A stretch of DNA of 64,000 nt from Trypanosoma brucei (taxonomy: Eukaryota), in NCBI GenBank assembly GCA_000002445.1, contig CM000208.1, positions 1,536,001 through 1,600,000 of the forward strand, given 5' to 3'. The notes under the pieces were generated by a model that saw nothing but the letters and a program-made list of their open reading frames with translations, ran no database searches and had not been told where the DNA came from. A program made the translations under genes and the position numbers. Each line of letters opens with the position of its first letter. Positions within the stretch are counted from its first letter, which is position 1. This document shows positions 30,569 through 40,563 of the stretch, in pieces.

Positions 30569-32080
30569 CTACACACGTGACTCCAGAACATATTTAACGT
30601 CGAGAAACGCGTCAATGCCGTACTTTGAGCCATCCCGACCCAACCCACTTTCTTTGACACCGCCGAATGGAGCACAGGGTGATGATAAACCACTGTCATT
30701 AATCCCAATCATACCAAAACTCAGTTGCTCCATTATTTGCTTCTGCCTACGGTAATCCTGCGTGTACACATAAGCTGCCAGACCTGCAGGAGTCGCGTTG
30801 GCCAAACGTATAGCCTCCGTATCGTCATCAAACGTAATTATGGGTATAATAGGACCAAATATCTCCTCCTGACAGCAGCGCATCGTATCGTGGTTTACAC
30901 CGGAAAGTACTGTGGGTTCGAAAAAGTACCCAGGACCTGATAAGCGCCGACCTCCTGCTTCCACCTTGGCTCCCTTTTCCACCGCATCTTGCACCAGCGA
31001 CACCACACGCTCGACTGCGGAACTGCTGACAAGTGCGCCCATCGTTGAAGACGGGTCAAAGTTATTCCCCACACGGATTGAGTTCACCCTCTCCAGCAAC
31101 CTCGTCATGAAGTCACCGTAAACCGTGGAGTGCACGAAAACACGGTTGGCGCTTATGCATGCCTGTCCCGCAGCACGAAACTTCGCATTCATGAGTCCAG
31201 TGACCGCGCGATCCACCTCAGCGTCACTGAACACGATAAATGGTGCGTTTCCACCAAGCTCCAACCCTAACTTCTTCATGGTGCTTGCGGAGCGCCGGTA
31301 TATGTACTTACCAACTCTGGTGGACCCGGTGAAAGAAATCTTACGCACATCAAAACTATCCAGAACCGCATCACCGATGGGTGCCGCGTTTCCAGTAACG
31401 ATATTAAACACCCCGTCGGGCACGCCTGCTTCAACTGCCAACTGGGCGAGTGCAAGTGCACTGAATGGAGTTAGTTCTGATGGTTTCAACACAACGGCAC
31501 AACCTGCAGCAAGAGCCCCACCCACAACTCGCGTGACCATTGCTGACGGGAAGTTCCACGGAGTGATGGCACCCACTACACCCACAGGCCGCCGCAACAC
31601 AGTTGTTGAAACATCAGGGCGAGGACTTCCCACAACATCCCCATAAGCGCGTTCCGCCTCTCCCGCATACCATTCAAGGAACCGTGCGGCGTACAGGCAT
31701 TCGTCAACACCTTCTTGCACAACTTTCCCCGACTCTCGGGAGAGGAGAGAACCGAGGGAATTTCTGTGATGATATATTAACTGCGCCCATCGATGAAGTA
31801 TGACTGCACGTGTGCGGGGCACGGTATCCTTCCATGTTTCAAAGGCTTTCTGAGCCACCGCAATTGCCTGCAGCGTTTCATCCTTCCCTAAGTTGGGAAT
31901 ATCGCCAATAGTAACATTAGTGCAAGGATCCTCAACTGAAATCACGTCCGCAGCACCGGAAGTCACAAAACAACCGTTGATGAAGGAGGTTGGTTGATTC
32001 AAGACACGCCCAGAACGGAATGCTTCAGCGTTGCTCAAGTCGAAAACAGCCCTCGACAGTAGACGAGTCGTCTTTCGCAT
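30569..32080 (-). CDS. NAD(P)+-dependent succinate-semialdehyde dehydrogenase (GabD-like aldehyde dehydrogenase) with an N-terminal mitochondrial-type presequence, 504 aa
   Basis: ALDH catalytic motifs are present: 'LELGGNAPFIVFSDAEVDRAV' (Glu active site) and 'FRAAGQACISANRVFV' (Cys active site). The first is almost identical to E. coli GabD 'LELGGNAPFIVFDDADLDKAV'. GabD-like blocks extend to the C-terminus ('PFGGVKESGLGRDGSKYGIDAFLDVKYV'). The track ORF extends to 32284 with a TTG start and a basic, low-complexity, non-conserved extension. The first ATG at 32080 ('cat' at 32078-32080) gives 'MRKTTRLLSRAVFD...', a plausible mitochondrial targeting sequence. Confidence 0.85.
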   Translation of the reverse strand: MRKTTRLLSRAVFDLSNAEAFRSGRVLNQPTSFINGCFVTSGAADVISVEDPCTNVTIGDIPNLGKDETLQAIAVAQKAFETWKDTVPRTRAVILHRWAQLIYHHRNSLGSLLSRESGKVVQEGVDECLYAARFLEWYAGEAERAYGDVVGSPRPDVSTTVLRRPVGVVGAITPWNFPSAMVTRVVGGALAAGCAVVLKPSELTPFSALALAQLAVEAGVPDGVFNIVTGNAAPIGDAVLDSFDVRKISFTGSTRVGKYIYRRSASTMKKLGLELGGNAPFIVFSDAEVDRAVTGLMNAKFRAAGQACISANRVFVHSTVYGDFMTRLLERVNSIRVGNNFDPSSTMGALVSSSAVERVVSLVQDAVEKGAKVEAGGRRLSGPGYFFEPTVLSGVNHDTMRCCQEEIFGPIIPIITFDDDTEAIRLANATPAGLAAYVYTQDYRRQKQIMEQLSFGMIGINDSGLSSPCAPFGGVKESGLGRDGSKYGIDAFLDVKYVLESRV

Positions 32081-32991
32081 TTTATATTTCCCCTTCCTTC
32101 TAAACCTCCCGCTCTTTCTTTTCCTTCGCTTCGGGCGGCTTTTCCTTTTTTTTCTCCGTGGATGGGTAAATGAGTGAGCAGGGGTCCTGGAATTCAACCT
32201 CAACGCAACCAATAAAAAAAAAAAGAAGTTCAAGATGATAGTTGAAGTCGGTAACATCATAACTGCGAAAACCTCACATGTCAACGGAGCAATGACGGGA
32301 GAAGGAGGAGAAAAAAAGATCCCTCAACCAATTCACTTCTTCTTACACTAAGGAACAAACACCAGCATGCTCCCAACATATTAATATATATATATATATA
32401 ATATTTGCCGCCACCGCAGAGACGAAAGAAATAATGGTCATGCTAATGAAATGAGATTAGTTCTCCCCCCGCACATTCCTCCCGATACTCTCTCCTTTTC
32501 TTTTCTCAACTTACTTTATCCTCAACGAGAATGCGCAGCGTACTGCTGAAAAGGGGTACACAGCTCAGGGGGAAAAAAATAGTAACAATAATAAGGATGG
32601 CAATAATAATGGCGACGGAAAAAATAACAAAAAAAAGTAGACAATCAAAAAAAAATTAAGAAATGTTTGCATCACACATCCTCTACTAAACATCGTTAAG
32701 GGTACTCCTGATGAAGTCCAAAATAAAAAATAAAAAAACTAATGAAGACACACGAACGTGCAACATAATCCTATGGACGTTGCTGGTTTGTGCTCTTTTA
32801 TTGTACTAAATACGTAGCATATACATGACATACCTCCCCTGTTTCGGTGATATTCCCCAACCCTTTTTTTTTCTAATTTACCACTTCCCCTAACCCTCAA
32901 TCATATCTTCTATTACACTACGGTAGTTCAAATCCCCAGTCCGCACCTCTTGCGAGAGGGCTGGAATGCCATTTCCTTTTTTTTCTTAAAT

Positions 32992-32993
<2 letters not shown>

Positions 32994-33028
<35 letters not shown>
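32994..33028. repeat. (AT)n microsatellite, about 35 nt
   Basis: Perfect alternating AT run seen directly. Confidence 0.9.
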
Positions 33029-33032
<4 letters not shown>

Positions 33033-33186
33033 CTGAGAGCGTCTGCAATGGAAACAGATGAAAAGAAATAGCGATAAACGGTTTTTTTTCTTTTTTCTTT
33101 TAAAAGAAAAAACAAAAAATAACAAAGGAGACTAAAATGCGTACCTGTGCCTTCGCTGTGGAATACGCAACAAACTTTTGCCGGTG

Positions 33187-33501
33187 TTACACTGCCCTGT
33201 CAGGAACATTGCGGAAAAACGTATCGATTTGCGGACCCCACGCATCCGACCACTGATACCCGGTGCCGAGTTTGCGGCGCCAAACACGTAAATAATCATC
33301 CTTGTATTTAGCACGGCATGAAAAGAGGCTTCCTATGCGCAGCATTACAAACCATAAGGCAACAAAATACCCCAAAATGCAAAGCACAGCTTTCGTGTCC
33401 GTAGCGTAGTGAAGGTGGTCGTAGTTTGTATACCGTCGGGACGGTACACTCAGCCTTGCAACAGTCCGGGACAACTCAGTTCCAGCAACGCGTCGGAGCA
33501 T
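33187..33501 (-). CDS. Candidate small protein gene (104 aa): Arg-rich amphipathic N-terminus (mitochondrial-presequence-like), a single transmembrane helix, and a basic C-terminal tail
   Basis: True ATG at 33501 ('cat' at 33499-33501). The protein begins 'MLRRVAGTELSRTVARLSVPSRRY...' and has the hydrophobic segment 'VLCILGYFVALWFVML'. The ORF shares the orientation of the whole gene array. A plus-strand polypurine run (33568-33590, polypyrimidine on the coding strand) is followed by AG dinucleotides about 70 nt upstream of the ATG, the trans-splicing arrangement. It lies in an otherwise 2.3-kb 'intergenic' gap. Confidence 0.35.
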   Translation of the reverse strand: MLRRVAGTELSRTVARLSVPSRRYTNYDHLHYATDTKAVLCILGYFVALWFVMLRIGSLFSCRAKYKDDYLRVWRRKLGTGYQWSDAWGPQIDTFFRNVPDRAV

Positions 33502-33567
33502 TCCCTATTCGATTACTTCACTATATATATATAATGTATATATATAATGTATATATGTATTCGCTAG

Positions 33568-33590
33568 GGAAAAAAAAACAACGGCCAAAA
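33568..33590 (-). promoter_or_regulatory. Polypyrimidine tract plus AG acceptor candidates; putative trans-splicing signal for the small ORF 33187..33501
   Basis: Plus 'gggaaaaaaaaacaacggccaaaag' is minus 'cttttggccgttgtttttttttccc'. AG dinucleotides lie between it and the ATG at 33501. Confidence 0.3.
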
Positions 33591-34388
33591 GCTTTAGTCA
33601 ATCTCTCTTTCTTCCTTTCAAGTAAAAATAAAAAGTAAAAAAGAAATATATGCGTGTATGCATGCACATACAAATGTATATATACACACATTTGAAGTAC
33701 AGTTGCTTGTATATCAGAAATATAAGAGCTAAGTGTTACGTGGGGGGGGCGTCAACATAAGGAACAAAAAGAGAAGAAAGGAAAGGAAAATGACACGACG
33801 GGACTGGACGGGACGGAAGCAGTCGCTGCTGCAGCCCGCACGTTACAGCCCGCCTCATCCCTACAAACATCACATATGTTCAAGCAAATGAAATAATCGC
33901 TGTAAGAAACGTTCAGAGTTTCAGGGTAGTGGAGACGTTGGTAATCGCATCAGAGGAAAGTGAGGGGAGAATTTTCAGGTGAGCTTTGGGACCCGCACTT
34001 GTACGGCACATTAGTGATCGAAGTGGGCAAACAACGCGGAAGGGAGTTGAAGCAAGAGAACGGCACACAAAGAAGAAAAAAAAAGTTGCGCATGTGCCCC
34101 CCCCCCACTCTTAGCGTCTCCACCACTGCGCAAGTGGCAGGATAATACATGAACCTTTCACTGTCATCCATCACCCCCCCCAAAAAAAAAAAGAAAAACA
34201 AGTAGGGTAATGATACAAAGAGTGGTGATTATACAACAGAGAGGGGGGAAATAAGTGAAAATTGAAAGAAAGTGTGCACTCCACGCGAAATGTAAAAGAA
34301 AAAAAAGAAGAAATTGAAGGGGGGGAGAAAAATAGGCAAAAAAAAAGAGGGTAACTGGTGGTCCACACGTTTGACTCACTATTCTCCA

Positions 34389-36224
34389 TTAGGTACATGT
34401 CGTGGAGTGGCCACGGCTACCCTTATCAGACAATGCAAGTGGAACCTTCCTACAGGTTAAAGTGTCTCCAAATGCTCTTGACAACCCGTCACCCTCCCTC
34501 ATCAATATTAGGCGCTTGCCCTCCACTAGCTGCTTGTCTCTCCGATTTTGCCGTAGCATCCCAGTAGACTTGGTGACATTTTGGCGGTTGGGAGGCGAAG
34601 GACGCGTGACACCTGGCAGGCCCCCCAAAAGGTCCCCGCCATGCTCACCACCAGCTATAACCTTCTGATCAAATGCTGAGAGATGTGCATGTACAAAGTT
34701 ACGGATTTGGGGATCCGTTGGATTCAAGTTGTAACATGACAGCACATCCCTCAAGGCATAGCGTGGTTGGTTCATATCAAAGCGACATCTCGCGCGATGG
34801 TAAAAAAACACCGGCTCCGTACTGCACGTCGCAATGGCGGTACTAAACTCCCTCTCTGCTTCTTCATGTTTCCCTTCTCTATGAAGTTCACAACCGTGTA
34901 TATCGTGCAACACAGCAATTCGCTGCGTTGCTTCGGGGTGTTTCGGGGATATTCTGTCCACAGTCAAGAAGTCGAATAATGCCTTTTGATAATCCCCCAT
35001 CTTAATGTAACACTCACCACGGGCAAGCAACACGGGGATGTTGTCTTGCCGCCACATCAGGGAAGTAGTGTAGTATTTGATTGCATCGGCTGTTGTACTT
35101 TGGCCATCATTGCTTGAACCAAGACGAAACAGCGTTTCTGTCATTAAGTCGATGGCATGTGCATGTCTTCCCTCAGAAGCGCTGATGCAGCGAAACAAAT
35201 CAGTAACTGCTTTCCTGTCCATTCCCTTGGCAATATAGTGTTTGGCGCGCTCTAATAGCAAGGTAGAATCACCTGGAAACACCGAAATACAACGGGTAAG
35301 TCCTTGCAGGTCCGAATGGTCGATGGAGCGATTACGGTAAGTTTTGTAAGTGCGACTAAATATGTGCTGTGCCAGCAGAACTTGGGGATGCTGCCGCTCC
35401 TCTAGAGGAACCCTTTCCAACAACGCCTTCGCGGGACTGAACGACTGACGAAGGCAGTAGATGTGGACAAGCAGAGAACAGCTAAGAATAAAGAATGAGG
35501 GGTTCTCTTCAATATGCTTATCTAAAACTTTCTCCGCTTCATCCTCGCGCTCAAGTGCGATCAGGTAAGCGCAACGGTGCAAAACCACTTGCGGATCTTT
35601 ACATAATTCCAGTGACTCGTCAGTAAAACGGAGGGCTTGCTCATAGTCCTCCACGTTGAACAAAACAATGCTCAGCGCGTCGAGAATACCGGCCAGTCGG
35701 CGCCGCACCGCCCTCTCAAGTGAGGCATCATCATACGGTTCCGTGGTACAAGCGGAACTTCCTCTGCGAAAAATGGTGTGTCCTGTAACATCTGTACTTA
35801 CAGAAAATGACACTCCATCTAACCCATTACAATCCATCAAATCACTCCCAAAGGCAGTTGAACTACCATCTGCTGCGGTAGTTGGTCTCCCTTGCGGGGA
35901 AAAAAATGAGCGGCTATCACGCCCCGTACCTGAGGCACGCGAACAGCAATTACTGCGCCCGTTCGATGACCGAAGCAGCCATAGGGATCGGCGGTACTGC
36001 TTCACAGCGCCTTGGAAATCATAGAGCGAGACATGGCATTCTGCGGAGGCAATGAACGGGTGCGGTTTGTGTGGAGCAAAGAAGGATGCTTTGGAAAACG
36101 CCAGGATCGCCTTCTCCAACTCCCCGTTCTGCATGTACTGAAGTCCCTCCTGGTACCTGAACTCGCCCTTCTCGTCAGAGTAGAGAACATTCGACTGCAC
36201 GACTGGTTCAGGCGACACCGACAT
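34389..36224 (-). CDS. Tetratricopeptide-repeat (TPR) protein, about 611 aa
   Basis: Multiple TPR-like 34-residue units, e.g. 'YQEGLQYMQNGELEKAILAFSKASFFAP', 'ARGECYIKMGDYQKALFDFLTVDRISP' and 'LHREGKHEEAEREFSTAIA'. The track start at 36236 is GTG; the first ATG is at 36224 ('cat' at 36222-36224, MSVSPEPVV...). Confidence 0.75.
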   Translation of the reverse strand: MSVSPEPVVQSNVLYSDEKGEFRYQEGLQYMQNGELEKAILAFSKASFFAPHKPHPFIASAECHVSLYDFQGAVKQYRRSLWLLRSSNGRSNCCSRASGTGRDSRSFFSPQGRPTTAADGSSTAFGSDLMDCNGLDGVSFSVSTDVTGHTIFRRGSSACTTEPYDDASLERAVRRRLAGILDALSIVLFNVEDYEQALRFTDESLELCKDPQVVLHRCAYLIALEREDEAEKVLDKHIEENPSFFILSCSLLVHIYCLRQSFSPAKALLERVPLEERQHPQVLLAQHIFSRTYKTYRNRSIDHSDLQGLTRCISVFPGDSTLLLERAKHYIAKGMDRKAVTDLFRCISASEGRHAHAIDLMTETLFRLGSSNDGQSTTADAIKYYTTSLMWRQDNIPVLLARGECYIKMGDYQKALFDFLTVDRISPKHPEATQRIAVLHDIHGCELHREGKHEEAEREFSTAIATCSTEPVFFYHRARCRFDMNQPRYALRDVLSCYNLNPTDPQIRNFVHAHLSAFDQKVIAGGEHGGDLLGGLPGVTRPSPPNRQNVTKSTGMLRQNRRDKQLVEGKRLILMREGDGLSRAFGDTLTCRKVPLALSDKGSRGHSTTCT

Positions 36225-37028
36225 TATGCAACACACTTGTATGGTGTCAGTCGTGCGAAATATAGGAAGAGAGAAGCAGAAATAGCCCCTAAATGAATGC
36301 TTGTTCCCTCAATCAGGCCGAGTTGTGATCTCTTAGATGGGAAATGTACATACACATAAAGACACACAAGCTTCTGTTCCGCCTATGCTGCCAAATAATA
36401 ACAACTGTAACTGCACAAGGCACCCTTCCATAACCACAGTGAGTCGACACGAGGAAGTATAAGGAGCGGGGAAAGAGGAAAGAAACTGAGAGATAAAAAC
36501 GCGACTAAAGGTGAGGGTCAGAGACCCGGCACGTTTGCGGACCAACAGCAACAGCAATGGTAAAAAACGGGTGCGTTGGGGAAGTAAACATACCGTACCT
36601 ATCCACACAGTTGGGTGCTTCGAAGTGTGCCCAAATAGTATTAAGCTAACGTCCATCTGAACGAGTTACACGTGAATTAATAAGAGCGTTACTAAAAGAG
36701 AAATTAACAGGATGGTTTTAAAAAACAAAGAGAGAGAACTGAGACAGATATATTCGTTTACTAACATGGATTACTGGTGACACAACACCCGAAGGGCAGT
36801 TACAGCGGAGCTCCACTGATATGCGCAAACTCCCTTGCTACACCACCCGACGAATCGTGTTACAATATTAAAATCTAAGGAAAGAGCACAGACAAGCTAT
36901 CAGTGGCAAGATTAGTGTGGAAGAGATGATATCCCGTGCATGTCGTGCCACGTCACTTCCAACAAAGTACTATGGACAACTTAGTTTTCTTTTTTTGTGT
37001 GTGATGCGACAAGGCAGAGAAATCCACA

Positions 37029-39434
37029 TCAGCGCCCAATGACTCTGTCGGCTCCCCGTTTCTTGGCAGCTTTCTTGAGACGAGGTTTCTTTTGTGGTGG
37101 ATCATCACTACCATTGAAGGGGTCAGCAGGCGGCACTTCTACACGCGCCCGCTTCTTCCGTCGAGTGGAACATTCCCCGGCAACTGTAGCTGTCTCCGGA
37201 TATTGTGCATCGGGGGAAGAATCTTTCACATTTGTAGTCTCCTCAGGTTGAGCTGCCACATCACCGACGGATACCTCCTCAGCCGTCACGGCCTTTGGTG
37301 GCCCATCCATTCCGTACTTCAACAGAAGTTCGGGGCGGTACACCGCCAGCTCGTCGAGCTCATAGCGGTAGCAGCGGGCCGCATTGCACTCTATCGCTCC
37401 GCCATGTGCCGTCTTCTCTGCGATGGCGGCATCGGGACACACAATTTGGACGTCGCGTTTCCACTCATTCCTATAGTAACCAACTCGCCCGGCAATGGGA
37501 AACTTCGCAGCTACCTCGGTGGGGATGGGCTTCATAGAACTCCTTTTTTTCTTCTTCGGAACTCCCCCCAAGTATTCCTCCAACATGATGCTTAACTTAC
37601 TCCCGCTGTTGCATATCAAAAGTGTAACGCCGGAGTCGGGTTGAAGCTCGACTAGGGTATTGCAGGCAGCTTCGATTTCCTTACAGTCGATAAAAGGTAA
37701 TCGCAACACGCCTTGATAGGCAAAAATTGCCTCGCTGTAGTCTACATCCACGTGATCTGGGTAAAATGGACCGAAGACAGAGTTTGGATCTAACACGGCG
37801 CCGTGCAACTCCACGGGCAGCCCCCCAACACTCATGCGCGGTAACACCGCAAGCAGCTGCACCACGGGATGCCTCGGTGTGCCTCGCTCAAACTCAACGT
37901 CCACTGAGTCTGTAAAGCGAGCCAAGTCGTCCAGCAATGGGGCATAATGATACGGATAGAACCAGTTCCACGAAGGGCAACCAGATGTGTAGTACCGCAT
38001 CACCCATTGAGTTCCCCGCAAATACTCCGCACAACAGCGTTTAACTCTCTTCTCAAACTTGGACCGTTTCTCAGGGTCCCATCCGAATTTCTTCTGGTAG
38101 TACTTATCTCGGTAATCCTCGTCGTGATACGTAAAACCTAGTGAACCTTTGTCCCCAACAAATGACACTCGTTCCTTCAAAGCAGACACCATCAATTTGT
38201 GAGCGGTGTCACTAACCTCCTGGGCATTGGTTTTGTCACGTTTAACGCTTGCCAAAACCTTTTTGAGTTCAACCTGGTATTTGTTCACCCGCTCCGCCAC
38301 GTTGCCTCTCCCTCGCTCTTTCGCTCGCTCCCCAAACGAGGATTCGTCCCTCAAGACAGAACCATAGTCATTCAGGAATCGAGCTAAGAACGAAGACAGA
38401 GCTTTAAATCTCACCTCTCCACCATCTGTTAAATACGAGTGACTTGCAAATTCGTTAACGTAGTGGTCTAACAGAAGCTCGACACCTCTCGTTTTGATCG
38501 ATATTAAGGGAACGTGCGGAAGAAAGTCATTCCCGACAAAAAAACATAAAAAAATAAAATCGTCGACGACACGCTCGAAACTCATCTCCTTAATGCCATC
38601 AAAATCCCTTTTCAAACACTCACGAAATTTAACCAAGCTAAAGTAGCAAAACTTTCCATGAGCTGCATTGAACGTTTCGTTGAGTTGGTTTCGCAAAATG
38701 GTCACACTCTTCTCATGAGTCGAGAGTCCGAGACTGATGAGGTCAGCATCCATGCCATAAATAACGTGAGACGTATCCGGATCGTAGCCCGGCTGCATCC
38801 GAAGACCACGGATGTATTGCATAATCTTATGCTCACCTTCACCGGGGACGTGTGCATCGGAAAAGACAACGGCAACTTTCTTCCACAATGGGTCCTCATT
38901 TACCTTCTTCACAACAAACCATTCAATGGCAAGACCCAGGCGCTCCATGAACGGTGTTGAGGGTGTGATAACATTGTGATCCCAACGTTCCCTCACCTTG
39001 GGGTAAGGTAGGCCCTTCTCTAACAACACATCGGCACACTTCGCCGACATCACTTCACCTTCCGCTCGCTCCTCTGCAGCGCGAAAACGCCGGCTTCGCT
39101 GCTGATTCATCTTACTCTGTGGTGCAACACCGTCCACACAGAGAATAAGGCATTTCCGTGGCCTCACCACCTTAAACACAAGATCTATTTGAGTAAAAAC
39201 ACGCTCAAACATTTCTTCCTCCGACTCGGGCTCAGGTAGCGGAGACGTATCGTGACAGCATGGGTGAACGAGCCCGTTCAGATCCAAATACAAGTTGTCG
39301 AACTTATGTGACTGCATATACTCCTTTGGAGGTGGAGACGACTTCGAAGCGGCTTCAACCACGCACTGCGGAACATCCTCCATGCAAGATGCGTACCAAC
39401 GCTTCAACCACAGGTAAAAACCGGCAATCCCCAT
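37029..39434 (-). CDS. 5'-3' exoribonuclease of the XRN family, 801 aa. It is one of the short kinetoplastid XRN paralogues, possibly XRND/Rat1-like, but the paralogue cannot be assigned from sequence alone.
   Basis: XRN N-terminal signature 'MGIAGFYLWLKRWY' (compare 'MGVPxFFRWL'). Catalytic-core motif 'LILCVDGVAPQSKMNQQRSRRFRAAEE' (compare 'DGVAPRAKMNQQRSRRFR'). Downstream acidic active-site blocks: 'VIYGMDADLISLGLSTHE' and 'FLCFFVGNDFLPHVP'. True ATG at 39434. Confidence 0.85.
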   Translation of the reverse strand: MGIAGFYLWLKRWYASCMEDVPQCVVEAASKSSPPPKEYMQSHKFDNLYLDLNGLVHPCCHDTSPLPEPESEEEMFERVFTQIDLVFKVVRPRKCLILCVDGVAPQSKMNQQRSRRFRAAEERAEGEVMSAKCADVLLEKGLPYPKVRERWDHNVITPSTPFMERLGLAIEWFVVKKVNEDPLWKKVAVVFSDAHVPGEGEHKIMQYIRGLRMQPGYDPDTSHVIYGMDADLISLGLSTHEKSVTILRNQLNETFNAAHGKFCYFSLVKFRECLKRDFDGIKEMSFERVVDDFIFLCFFVGNDFLPHVPLISIKTRGVELLLDHYVNEFASHSYLTDGGEVRFKALSSFLARFLNDYGSVLRDESSFGERAKERGRGNVAERVNKYQVELKKVLASVKRDKTNAQEVSDTAHKLMVSALKERVSFVGDKGSLGFTYHDEDYRDKYYQKKFGWDPEKRSKFEKRVKRCCAEYLRGTQWVMRYYTSGCPSWNWFYPYHYAPLLDDLARFTDSVDVEFERGTPRHPVVQLLAVLPRMSVGGLPVELHGAVLDPNSVFGPFYPDHVDVDYSEAIFAYQGVLRLPFIDCKEIEAACNTLVELQPDSGVTLLICNSGSKLSIMLEEYLGGVPKKKKRSSMKPIPTEVAAKFPIAGRVGYYRNEWKRDVQIVCPDAAIAEKTAHGGAIECNAARCYRYELDELAVYRPELLLKYGMDGPPKAVTAEEVSVGDVAAQPEETTNVKDSSPDAQYPETATVAGECSTRRKKRARVEVPPADPFNGSDDPPQKKPRLKKAAKKRGADRVIGR

Positions 39435-40563
39435 TTCTCACCCTTTGCCTTACGTACGCACACCCTTTTAATCCTTAACCACAGGACAAGCAAGAATACA
39501 GAAGGTCGTAGGGAAAGAAAGCAAACGATAGTTAGGAAATGCGTGTATATCAATAACGTTAACGACACCGATAGGAGGGAGTTACGCAAAACGAACATTT
39601 GTAATGAAGTACAACCACGAAAGTTGGTCAACCAAACTGCAGGTCTGTGGGCTCGTGCCGGGGAAACACCAACAAGAAAGAAGGCGCAGACACCGCTTAC
39701 TCCCAGCCTCAGCCATATAACAAAGAGTAATAGCCGTCATTAAGGGTCACAACATACATCTTCACTGCGCCGTCAAGGCTCCATAGATGGTGATATCGCC
39801 GTGAGGCACATTTGCAAGCGATGTCGGGGCAAAACACTACCGACATGCACGTAAGCAATCAGAATGTTGGTGCAAAAAGAAAGAGAGTTCGAAGACGAAT
39901 ATCTCCCACCTTCATGTTGGGGACCCAAAGTTAACGGCGAAACCCCGCACCAACCCCGTGTATCGAAGGATGACGTAAATGCCCCGTGCATCCATAAAGC
40001 GATCAAGTGTAATGCTCCACCTCTCCATGCACAATAAGATACACACACACATAGACAAATCACCTCGTTACGGGGCGAAGCTCTAATGCATCTACTGCAC
40101 CACGAAGAAAAAATATATACATCATAAAGTGAGTGCGCACACCTTACGTTTCCAACAATTTTCGACGCAGGAAGGCACGTGATGGTGTGAATTGCATAGT
40201 AACACCATTGTTATAAGCAAACACTCGGTAAACAACGCAACCAGAAGGCCCGGAAAAACAGCAACAAAGACAGTGCAATAGATGTGAATGCGGAGAGAGC
40301 TTGTACGGCCATCAAACTAATAACACAAGCCCCATACACCACCGCGTGGATGGAGGAATGTGCATGTCACAAAGTACATATGAGTTCACACATCACAATG
40401 AAATTGGCAGAAGTCAGACGAAAAGGTCGTCACACTAACGGTAGGAGCACGTGAGAGCGAGACAAGTCCTATGGCACGAACCCTCCAACGACGTACAGCA
40501 AACACATCAACGATGCCCATTTCTCCAGCATGCGATTTCAAACAACCTGCATTGATAGGGATC

